A program made the translations under genes and the position numbers. 64,000 nucleotides of DNA from Bacillota bacterium (lineage in GTDB: Bacteria > Bacillota > Sulfobacillia > RBS10-35 > JAJYVN01), in the NCBI GenBank assembly GCA_021806565.1, contig JAJZXK010000001.1, forward strand, positions 100,072 to 164,071, read 5' to 3'. Below, in pieces: positions 36,084-44,575 of this stretch. How positions within the stretch are numbered: the first letter of the stretch is position 1; each line of letters begins with the position of its first letter. Under the pieces are notes generated by a model that saw only the letters and a list, made by a program, of their open reading frames with translations, searched no databases and was not told the DNA's origin.

Positions 36084-36493
36084 CGGATGCGGAGGTGCTC
36101 GTCGTGCCGGCGGACGTGCAGGCTGCGATGGTCGCGCACGCCCGCGCCGAGGCGCCGCTGGAGGCCTGCGGTCTGCTGGGTGGGCAGGGCCGCAGGGCCG
36201 AACGCTTCTACCCGACCCGTAATGCGGCCGGCAGCCCCGTGCGCTACGAGGTCGAGCCCGCCGACCTGCTGGCGGTGACCATGGCGTTGGAGTCGGCGGG
36301 GGGGGAGTTGTGGGGGGTCTTTCACTCCCATCCCCAGACCGAGGCCTATCCGTCTCAAACGGATCTGCGCTTGGCGCTGTATCCGGAGGCGGTCTATCTG
36401 ATCTGCTCGCTTGCGGACCCGCAGCGGCCGGTCCTGCGTGCGTTCCGGCTGGAGGGCACGCAGGTGCGCGAGTGTGTGCTCTCCACCGGTTGA
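36080..36493 (+). CDS. mec: JAMM/MPN+ metalloprotease (Mec+/CysO-cysteine peptidase-like)
   Basis: E..(ACGLLGG)...HSHPQTEAYPSQTD = JAMM motif E-x(n)-H-x-H-x7-S-x2-D. 137 aa. Same operon as the sulfur-carrier/E1 and cysM. Confidence 0.8.
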   Translation: MTDAEVLVVPADVQAAMVAHARAEAPLEACGLLGGQGRRAERFYPTRNAAGSPVRYEVEPADLLAVTMALESAGGELWGVFHSHPQTEAYPSQTDLRLALYPEAVYLICSLADPQRPVLRAFRLEGTQVRECVLSTG

Positions 36494-36678
36494 GGGCGCA
36501 GGATGTGCGCCGGTGGGGCAGAATGCTTTCATACGATACGAACGTCGGCTGGATGCGGGCGGTCTGGCGACCACGTCCGGCGGTGGGCGGATCGTCGGCT
36601 TCACGCTTCCAGGTCTCAGTCAGGGCCTGCCGGCCGCGGCACGGCCCTTTTCATGCGGAAGGAGGCTCACCTGGGTGC

Positions 36679-37490
36679 GTTACGTGCGTTTTGCGGCGGA
36701 GGGCCGCGCGGTCTGGGGGCGGATGGAGGACGGCTCGGTGGTGCCGCTGTCCACCGCCCCCTATCTCGGGGGGCGGGAGGCCGGTGCGCCGCTGCCGCTT
36801 CAGGGGCTGAAGCTGCTGGCCCCCGCCACGCCCAGCAAGATCCTGTGCGTGGGAATGAACTATATGACCCACCTGGCCGACCGGGAGGGGCCCGACCGCC
36901 TGGTCGCGGGGATCATCGCCCGCGCGATCGAGCCCGGACAGGAACGGCGCGACCCGCTGCTATTCCTCAAGGCCCCCAGCGCGCTGGTGGGGCCTGGTGA
37001 ACCGATCGTGCTGCCGCCGGAGACCGAGCGCGCGGACTACGAGGCCGAGCTGGCGCTGGTGATCGGCCAGACTCTGCGGCGCGCCGCGGGCCGGCAGGAG
37101 GCGGCGGCGGCCATTTACGGCTACACCCTGGCCAACGACGTCAGCGCGCGCGACCTGCAGGAACGCGACCAGCAGTGGATGCGCGCGAAGTCCTTTGACA
37201 GCTTCTGCCCGCTCGGGCCCTGGGTGGACACCGAGTTTGCCCCGGCGGACCGCGAGATCAGCGGGTGGCTCAACGGTGAACGGCGCCAGTCCGCCTCCAC
37301 CGCCCAACTGATCGCGGATCCCATCGAACTCGTGCGCTTTGCGTCGCAGGCGATGACGCTGCTCCCCGGGGATCTTCTGCTGACCGGCACCCCCACCGGA
37401 GTGGACCGGATGTCTGCGGGCGATCGCTTCTGCGTGCGCGTGGAAGGCTTGGGGGAGTTGTGCAATCCGGTTCGCGCCGAGGTGGGCTGA
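36679..37490 (+). CDS. fumarylacetoacetate hydrolase (FAH) family protein
   Basis: FAH-fold motifs (DYEAELALVIG, NDVSARDLQ, KSFDSFCPLGPW, GDLLLTGTPTGV). GTG start ~36679; the upstream part of the supplied ORF is overlap with the JAMM gene frame. Confidence 0.78.
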
Positions 37491-37518
37491 ACCCGGCTCG
37501 GCGCAGAGGGAGTGGGAT

Positions 37519-38007
37519 GTGGTGTCAGGCGCGGCGACTGCCCCGGAGGGCGTGCAGGACAGGACCCTGGTGCTGATCAAACCGGATGGGGTGCAGCGCG
37601 CTCTGATGGGCGAGGTGGTGGCGCGCCTGGAGCGCAAGGGCTTGCGTCTGTGCGCCGCGCGCTTCGTGCGGGCCGACCGCCGCCTGGCCGAGGCGCACTA
37701 CGCCCCCCACCGGGAGCGGCCGTTTTTCGAAGAACTCATCGGCTTTCTCACCTCTGGTCCGATGCTGGCCATGGTGTGGGAGGGCCCGCGCGCGATCGAG
37801 CACGTGCGCGCCCTGATGGGCGCCACCGACCCCGCCAAGGCGTCTCCCGGTACGATCCGCGGCGATTTCGCCCTCAGCATCGCCAATAACCTCATCCATG
37901 GCTCGGACGGCCCGGAGTCGGCGGCGCGCGAGATCCCGCTGTTCTTCCGGCCGGAGGAGGTCGTCTCCTATCGGCGGGCCGCGGACGGCTGGGTCACCGG
38001 CGCATAG
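37519..38007 (+). CDS. ndk: nucleoside diphosphate kinase
   Basis: ERTLVLIKPDGVQR..., NIIHGSD active-site His region (NLIHGSDGPESAAREI). ~160 aa. Confidence 0.92.
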   Translation: MVSGAATAPEGVQDRTLVLIKPDGVQRALMGEVVARLERKGLRLCAARFVRADRRLAEAHYAPHRERPFFEELIGFLTSGPMLAMVWEGPRAIEHVRALMGATDPAKASPGTIRGDFALSIANNLIHGSDGPESAAREIPLFFRPEEVVSYRRAADGWVTGA

Positions 38008-38019
38008 CGCACGATGGGG

Positions 38020-38851
38020 GGGCGTCGGGTTGGCGGCGCAGTGGGCGATCATCGGGGGCACGGGGGTTTACGATCCGCAACTGCTGGCCGGGCCGCGGGC
38101 GGAGTCCGTCAACACACCCTACGGCGGGGTGGAGGTCTTCGTCGGGCGCCACGCCGGCGTCGAGGTTGCCTTCCTGCCCCGGCACGGCCGCGGCCACAGC
38201 GTGCCGCCGCACCGGATCAACTACCGCGCCAACCTGTGGGCGTTGCGCGAACTCGGGGTCCGCTCCTGCCTGGCCACGGCGGCCTGCGGTTCGTTGCGCG
38301 CCGATCTGGCCCCCGGCGGCTTGGTGCTGTGCGATCAGTTCCTGGACTTCACACGCTCGCGGCCTACCACGTTCTACGACGGCCAGGACGGGCAGGTGCA
38401 CCACGCCGACATGACCGACCCGTACTGCCCCCGCCTGCGTGCCACCCTCGCGCTCCAGGGGCGGCAACTCGGCATCGGTCTGGCCGAGCAGGCGACCTAC
38501 GTCTGCACAGAGGGGCCCCGCTTTGAGACGCCCGCGGAGATCCGCGCCTATGCGCGCCTCGGCGGGGATCTGGTGGGCATGACCGGGGTGCCGGAGGTCG
38601 TGCTGGCGCGGGAGGCCGGCCTCTGCTACGCCTCTGTGGCGGTGGTGACCAACTTCGCCGCGGGCCTGGCCGGCCGGCCCCTGACGCATGCCGAGGTCGT
38701 CGATGCCATGCGGAGCGCGACCGAAGGGGTGCGGCGGCTGCTCTTGGCGGCGGTGGCCGCGGCGGCCGCCGCGCCATGCGATCGCTGTCCGCCGGCACCG
38801 GCGGGGATCGAGGCCCCCGCGGCGGGGGCGGGGGAGGGGCACGCGCATTGA
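38020..38851 (+). CDS. mtnP: S-methyl-5'-thioadenosine phosphorylase (PNP/MTAP family)
   Basis: AIIGGTGVYDP...PYGGVEVFVGRHAGVEVAFLPRHGRGHSVPPHRINYRANLWALRELGV...VGMTGVPE. Start approximate (TTG/GTG ~38020-38030). Confidence 0.8.
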
Positions 38852-40110
38852 CGACGGACCGGTGGCGGCCTTCACGGATCCGCGACGGCGGGCTCGCGGC
38901 GGCGGGGGCCGCCAAGATCACCTGGGCGCGCACCCACATGCCCGTCCTCGCGGCGGTGTCTCGCGACCTCGCCGCGCGGGGTACCCTGCGCGGTGTACCG
39001 ATCGGCATCTGCCTCCATCTGGAGGCCAAGACGGCGTGCCTCGCCCTGGCGCTGCACGAGGCGGGCGCACACGTGGCGATCACGGGCAGCAACCCGCTTT
39101 CCACGCAGGACGACGTCTGCGCCGGCCTGGCGGGGATGGGCCCCCGCGTGTATGCGTGGCACGACCCGACGCCGGCGGAGACCGAATCCTTCCTTGAGGA
39201 CGTGCTGGACACCCATCCCCGTGTGCTGCTGGACGACGGGGCGGACGCCGTCGCCCTGCTGCACTCGCGCCGTCCCGAACAGGTTCGCGAGATCGCCGGG
39301 GCGACCGAGGAGACGACGACGGGCCTGCACCGCCTGCGGGCGATGGCCGCGGAGGGTGTTCTGGGCTTTCCGGTGATCGCGGTCAACGACGCCAAGATGA
39401 AATACCTCTTTGACAACCGCTACGGGACCGGCCAGTCGGCCTGGGAGGGCGTCCTGCGCGCCACCAACCTGCTTGTGGCCGGCAAGGAGGTCCTGGTGTT
39501 CGGCTACGGATGGTGCGGGCGCGGCGTGGCCCGCCGCGCCCAGGGCCTGGGCGCGCACGTCACGGTGTGCGAGGTGGACCCGATCGCGGCCAACGAGGCC
39601 GTCCTGGACGGCTGCGCGGTGCTGCCCGCGCTGGAGGCGGTGGCGCGCGCGGACTTCGTGGTCACCTGCACCGGCAATCGCCGCGTGCTGGGCCGCGAGC
39701 ATTTCGACCGCTGCAAGGACGGCATCGTGCTGGCCAACGCGGGGCACTTCGATGTGGAGATCGCCGTCGACGAACTTGTCGCGCTGGCCGTGGAACGCCG
39801 CCGGGCCCGGCCCTCGGTGGAGACCTTCCAATTGCCCGACGGGCGCGCCATCCACCTGTTGGCCGAGGGGCGGTTGGTCAACCTGGCGGCGGGCGACGGC
39901 CATCCCGTCGAGATCATGGACATCTCCTTCGCCGTCCAGGCCCTGGCCCTGGAGTATGCGGCGGCGCACGGCGCGGAGTTGGAGCATGGTGTGCTTCCGG
40001 TTCCGGACCGGATCGACCTGGACGTGGCCCGCCTGCGGCTGCGGGCCGCCGGCGCGGCGATCGACGAACTCAGCGCCGCGCAGCGCGACTACATGGCGCG
40101 CTGGCGCTAG
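38849..40110 (+). CDS. ahcY: adenosylhomocysteinase
   Basis: NAD-binding GKEVLVFGYGWCGRGVARRAQGLGAHVTVCEVDPI. Conserved HLEAKTA, SNPLSTQDDV, TEETTTG motifs. Confidence 0.92.
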
Positions 40111-40135
40111 GGGCTCGCGGGAGGGGGGGCGGCCC

Positions 40136-41422
40136 GTGGACCTCTGCATTCAGGGGGCGGAGATCTGGCCGTTGGACGGGGGCGCCCCCCGGGAGGCGTC
40201 GGTGTGGGTGCGGGGAGACCGCATCGCGGCGGTCGGTGCGGCGCCCGGACCGGTCCGGGCGGAAAGGACCATCTCCGCGCCGGGCCTGATCTGCCTGCCC
40301 GGGCTCGTCAACTGCCACAACCATGTGGCGATGACCCTGCTGCGCGGTTATGGCGCGGATCTGGACCTGCAGCACTGGCTGGAGGAGCGCATCTGGCCGG
40401 CGGAAGCCCGCCTGACCGACCGGGACGTCGAGATCGGCGCCCTCTTGGGCTGTCTGGAAATGCTGCGCGGCGGCACCACCGCCTTTGCCGACATGTACGA
40501 CCATATGGACGCAGTGGCCGCCGCGGTCGACCACAGCGGCATCCGGGCCAGCCTGGCGCGCGGCGTCATCGGGCTTTCGCCGGGCTGGCAGAGGTCGATG
40601 GCCGAGGCCGAAGACCTCTGCCGCAAGGCACCGCGGTTGGCCGCCGGCCGCATCACCGCCATGGTCGCCCCGCACGCCGAATACACCTGCCCGCCCGAGG
40701 TGTGGCGAGAGGCCGTCGGCTTGGCGCGCCGCCAGGGGGTGCGCCTGCATACCCACCTCAGTGAGACGACGGCCGAGAACGCCGCGTGCCGGGCGCGCCA
40801 CGGCTGTTCGCCGGCGGCCTTCTTGGAGAGCGTGGGCGCCCTGGACGTCGGCGTGCTGTGCGCCCACGCCGTGCACGTGGATGTCGCCGACGCGGCGCGT
40901 CTGGCCCGCACGGGGGTGGCGGTGGCCCACAATCCGGTGAGCAACGCCAAGCTCGGTTCCGGGATCGCGCCGATCGACCTGCTGCTCGATTCGGGGGTGC
41001 GCCTGGGGCTCGGCACCGACGGGGCGGCCAGCACCGACACGCTCAGCCTTTGGAAGGAGATGTCCACGGCCGGATACCTCCAGAAGGCGGTGTCCCAGGA
41101 CGCGGCGGCGCTTCCCTGCGGGCGGCTGTTGACCATGGCCACGCGCGACGGCTCGGCGGCGCTCGGTTTGGATCCCCTGGCGGGTTCGTTGGTGCCGGGG
41201 GCGCCGGCGGATTTCATCCTCATCGATCCCCACGGTCTGCATCGCTCTCCGGCCACGGATCCCGATGCCGCCTTGGTGTACGGGACGCGCGACACGGACG
41301 TCGTCCTGACCGTGGTCGCCGGCCGGGTGGTCATGGAGCGCGGGGCCTTTCCGGGGATCGACCACGAGCGGGTGCGCGCCGAGGCGGTGGCGGCCAGCCG
41401 GCGGCTCCTGGGGGGCGGTTAG
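40136..41422 (+). CDS. mtaD: amidohydrolase, 5-methylthioadenosine/S-adenosylhomocysteine deaminase-like (MtaD family)
   Basis: Metal-binding HxH (LVNCHNHVAMTLLRG), HTHLSET and HAVH/D motifs of the cytosine-deaminase-like amidohydrolases. Position next to mtnP/ahcY. Confidence 0.78.
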   Translation: MDLCIQGAEIWPLDGGAPREASVWVRGDRIAAVGAAPGPVRAERTISAPGLICLPGLVNCHNHVAMTLLRGYGADLDLQHWLEERIWPAEARLTDRDVEIGALLGCLEMLRGGTTAFADMYDHMDAVAAAVDHSGIRASLARGVIGLSPGWQRSMAEAEDLCRKAPRLAAGRITAMVAPHAEYTCPPEVWREAVGLARRQGVRLHTHLSETTAENAACRARHGCSPAAFLESVGALDVGVLCAHAVHVDVADAARLARTGVAVAHNPVSNAKLGSGIAPIDLLLDSGVRLGLGTDGAASTDTLSLWKEMSTAGYLQKAVSQDAAALPCGRLLTMATRDGSAALGLDPLAGSLVPGAPADFILIDPHGLHRSPATDPDAALVYGTRDTDVVLTVVAGRVVMERGAFPGIDHERVRAEAVAASRRLLGGG

Positions 41423-41429
41423 GCTGCGG

Positions 41430-41930
41430 ATGCGGTATTCCAGCCACGGGTGCCTCGTCTGCGGGCGCGACAACCCTTCGGGAATGGGGTTGTCGTTCGA
41501 GATCGGCCCGGACGGGGGGGCCCGGGCGCGCTGGCAGCCCCAGGAGCGCTTCACGGGCCTGCCCGCGACCGTCCACGGGGGGGCGTTGCTGGCGGTCGTG
41601 GACGACGCCATGTGGTATGCGGCATATGCGCAGGGCGGACACACCCTGACCGCTGAGGTCACGGTTCGCTACCGCCGGCCCGCGAACCCGGGCGAAACCC
41701 TGATGGCGCACGGCTGGGTGCAGGAACACCGCGGCCGCCTCTGGCGGTGTGCCGCAGACATCCGCCGTGCCCAGGACGATGCCGTGTTGGTGGAGGCGCA
41801 TGCCGTCTTCCTGGAGCCCGCCAGCTGGACCGGCGCGGAGGCCGACGCTGGCTTGGTGGTCGAGACCCTGGACGATGCGCCCGACCGCGCGCGACCGCGG
41901 TCAGGGGAGGCCGACGCCGGTCATCCATAG
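41430..41930 (+). CDS. hotdog-fold thioesterase (PaaI/YbgC-like)
   Basis: LPATVHGGALLAVVDDAMWYAAY... typical PaaI thioesterase core. N-terminal CxxC. Confidence 0.7.
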   Translation: MRYSSHGCLVCGRDNPSGMGLSFEIGPDGGARARWQPQERFTGLPATVHGGALLAVVDDAMWYAAYAQGGHTLTAEVTVRYRRPANPGETLMAHGWVQEHRGRLWRCAADIRRAQDDAVLVEAHAVFLEPASWTGAEADAGLVVETLDDAPDRARPRSGEADAGHP

Positions 41931-42350
41931 CCGCAGGGCGAAGAGGAATGCCGCTACGGCCACCAGGGCGAATACCCCGGCTTCCTTGAAATGGCCCTCC
42001 TCGCGCAGGATACGCCCGAAGGAGGCCGTCGGCCGCAGCATTTCACTCGCTCCCACGGCGAGAAGTGCCAACCCCGCGTACAGGAAGTGCAGTAGGTCCT
42101 TGGGCAGGTGGCCGAGGGCGATGAACAGCAGGCCGCTGAGCAACTGAAAGCCGAAGAGCCCGGCCAAGAGGCGCAGGGCGCGGAAGAAGCGCTCCGGAAG
42201 GGATTGCCGCCGGCGCATGAGCACGTAGGCCCAGATGGAAAGGCCCAGCATGCCGAACATGAACGTCAGGCCCACATACAGGTGCAGAAACAACAATACG
42301 GCCAGCAGTGCCACCTCCGGGACGGGTACGAGAAGGGATGCTTCGCGCGT
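41901..42350 (-). CDS. hypothetical integral membrane protein
   Basis: C-terminal ~140 aa of the supplied ORF contain 4 hydrophobic helices. The N-terminal Arg-rich extension is judged spurious. Start uncertain. Confidence 0.4.
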   Translation of the reverse strand, partial: TREASLLVPVPEVALLAVLLFLHLYVGLTFMFGMLGLSIWAYVLMRRRQSLPERFFRALRLLAGLFGFQLLSGLLFIALGHLPKDLLHFLYAGLALLAVGASEMLRPTASFGRILREEGHFKEAGVFALVAVAAFLFALRLWMTGVGLP

Positions 42351-42997
42351 CAGTCCAGCGTGGCGCCCGCCTCCGCCCAGGGGCGTGCCTCCGCTTGCGC
42401 CAGAGCGGAGAGCAGGGCTTGGTGCCGGCGCTGGGCGGAGGCGCCCTCGCCCGCCCGCAGGCCGAGGGCGGCGGCCAGCGCGGCGCCCAACGCCGGCGTC
42501 AGCGGCGCTGCATGTCCAAGGATGGCGCCACCGGCCGCAAGCGCCACGGCTGCGACCAGTTTTAGTTCGGGTGCCACGCCCTGTGTGTCTTGGAGGCCGT
42601 CCAGGCGGAGCGCGAAGCCGGCGGCTGCCACCGCCAGCGGCCAGGCGGGCGTCGGCGCCGCCGCCAGCAACGTGGCGGCCGCGACCGCCTGGCCCCACGG
42701 CGAGACCGACCTGGCCGCCGGCGCGGACCACCAGAGGGCGATGCCGGCGGCCAGGCACCATGCCGGCCAGGCGAGGGCGGTGGGGGTCCCCCCGGCCAGC
42801 GATGCGGCCGTGAGCAGAACGATCACTGCGGCCGCCGCCAGCGGAAGGCGCCGTCGAATCGCGGGCCGATTCCACAGAACCACCACCCGCCGCAGGCCGG
42901 CACTCTGGCAGCACTCGCGCCGGTCGCCCCCCGCGTGGTCGCACCCGCCGGAGAGCGGGCAGTCACCACAGGCGGTCGTGCCATGCTCTTGACTCAC
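42350..42997 (-). CDS. membrane protein with N-terminal Cys-rich cytoplasmic segment
   Basis: MSQEHGTTACGDCPLSGGCDHAGGDRRECCQS followed by ~5 Ala/Leu-rich TM helices. Confidence 0.4.
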   Translation of the reverse strand: MSQEHGTTACGDCPLSGGCDHAGGDRRECCQSAGLRRVVVLWNRPAIRRRLPLAAAAVIVLLTAASLAGGTPTALAWPAWCLAAGIALWWSAPAARSVSPWGQAVAAATLLAAAPTPAWPLAVAAAGFALRLDGLQDTQGVAPELKLVAAVALAAGGAILGHAAPLTPALGAALAAALGLRAGEGASAQRRHQALLSALAQAEARPWAEAGATLD

Positions 42998-43312
42998 TGA
43001 GGTTCCTCCCGTCGGCCATGGGGCCGTGAGACCGGCCCCATGGTAGCGCCGAGAGACGGTGGGCGCCAGTGCTCAGCCGGAGAGTCTGAAACGGCGAAGC
43101 ACCGCGACGAGTTCAGGCGGCAACTCGGCCCAGTCCGGGTCGGCGGTCTTCCGCGCCTGCGCGCTGGGCTCGCTGTGACGGGGCCTGGGCGGCGGAGGGC
43201 CAGGCTCCGCTCCGGTATGGGCATGGTCGGGTGTTTCGGGCACCGCGCATCGCCGCCCGCAGGAGTATGGCGCGCGGGCGCCGGGAGCCATGCACGGCCG
43301 GCCGCCGCGGGC

Positions 43313-44449
43313 TCAACGGCCGGCATGATACAGCGCCAGGATGTTGTGCACATAGTTTTGGGTCTGCTGGTAGGGCGGGATGCCGCCATAGCGCTGGACC
43401 GCGTACGGGCCGGCGTTGTAGGCGGCCAGGGCGAGCGAGAGGTTGCCATGGAAGCGCTGCAGCATCTCCAGCAGGTAGGTGATGCCGCCCCGCAGGTTCT
43501 GCACCGGGTTGTAAGCGTTGTTGACCCCGAGGGCGGCGGCGGTGGCGGGCATCAACTGCATCAGCCCCTGGGCGCCGACCGGGCTCTTCGCGCCCGAGGC
43601 CCCGCCGGATTCCTGTAGCACGACCGCCTCGACCAACAGCGGGTCGATCCCGTACTGCTTGGCGAGTAGGTTGATGTCCTGAAGGACCTGCGACCAGGGC
43701 ACGTTGCCGGACTGCAACGCGGCCAGGAGTGCCGCGATCTTTTGCTGCAGGCTGTTGCGCTGCCACGCCAGCGAGGCGACGATGCGGTTGGCCTGGGCGA
43801 CGGCGGTGGTCTCGGCCTGTTTGGCGGCCGCCGCCTGCAGTTCGCGCTGGTGCAGCAGGCGCACCTGCGCCGCCGCCTGGGTGGTCAGCGCGTCTAGGTG
43901 GACGACCGTCGCATTCTGCCTCTGCTCCAGCACCTGCAGGTGTTGTTGCGCTAGGCGTGCCTGGTTGAGAAAGCCCATCTCCAGCGTCCAGACGCGGCGC
44001 AGCATGCTCATGCGCGTGAGGAACCCCTGGAAGGAGTTCGATCCGAGCAGCACGCCGACGAACGAGACGGTGCCGTGCTTGTCGAGGATCACCAAGCCCT
44101 GGTCCGCCTTGTGGCGGTCCGTCGCCACGACGGCCTTGGCGGCGACGACCTCCTGGCGCAGGCGCGCCAGCGCGGCCTTGGCCTGGGAGGTTTCCGACTC
44201 CAGGGTGTTCAGACGCCGCGCGGCCAGGATCAGGACTGCCTCCGCCTGCAGGTACCGCTGGTGCGCCACGGACCAGGCGGCGACGGCGTTGGTGTACTGC
44301 TGCTGGGCCGAGGCGAGTTCCGTGGCGACCACGCTCTCCTGGTGTCGATAGGCCGTCAGGCTGCTGGCGGCGGCGGCCGGGGCGAGCAGCGTACAGGTCG
44401 TCGTCCACGCCAGGCAGATACCGATCAGGGTCCGCCAGCGGCGTGACAC
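43313..44449 (-). CDS. lytic transglycosylase (SLT domain) with N-terminal signal peptide and long coiled coil
   Basis: C-terminal SLT motifs (VVLQESGGASGAKSPVGAQGLMQLMPATAA...AYNAGPYAVQRY). N-terminal signal and ~250-aa coiled-coil region. Confidence 0.8.
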   Translation of the reverse strand: MSRRWRTLIGICLAWTTTCTLLAPAAAASSLTAYRHQESVVATELASAQQQYTNAVAAWSVAHQRYLQAEAVLILAARRLNTLESETSQAKAALARLRQEVVAAKAVVATDRHKADQGLVILDKHGTVSFVGVLLGSNSFQGFLTRMSMLRRVWTLEMGFLNQARLAQQHLQVLEQRQNATVVHLDALTTQAAAQVRLLHQRELQAAAAKQAETTAVAQANRIVASLAWQRNSLQQKIAALLAALQSGNVPWSQVLQDINLLAKQYGIDPLLVEAVVLQESGGASGAKSPVGAQGLMQLMPATAAALGVNNAYNPVQNLRGGITYLLEMLQRFHGNLSLALAAYNAGPYAVQRYGGIPPYQQTQNYVHNILALYHAGR

Positions 44450-44575
44450 GCGTACATCGACTCCTTACTGTCCCGCGCGGCCGCAGACCGACGCGGATGG
44501 TGGGAAGCGGCGCACCATCGAGGCGGCCGTTCGCCATGGAAGGCGGTTTTCCTTCCAGGAATGCGCAGGACCGAC

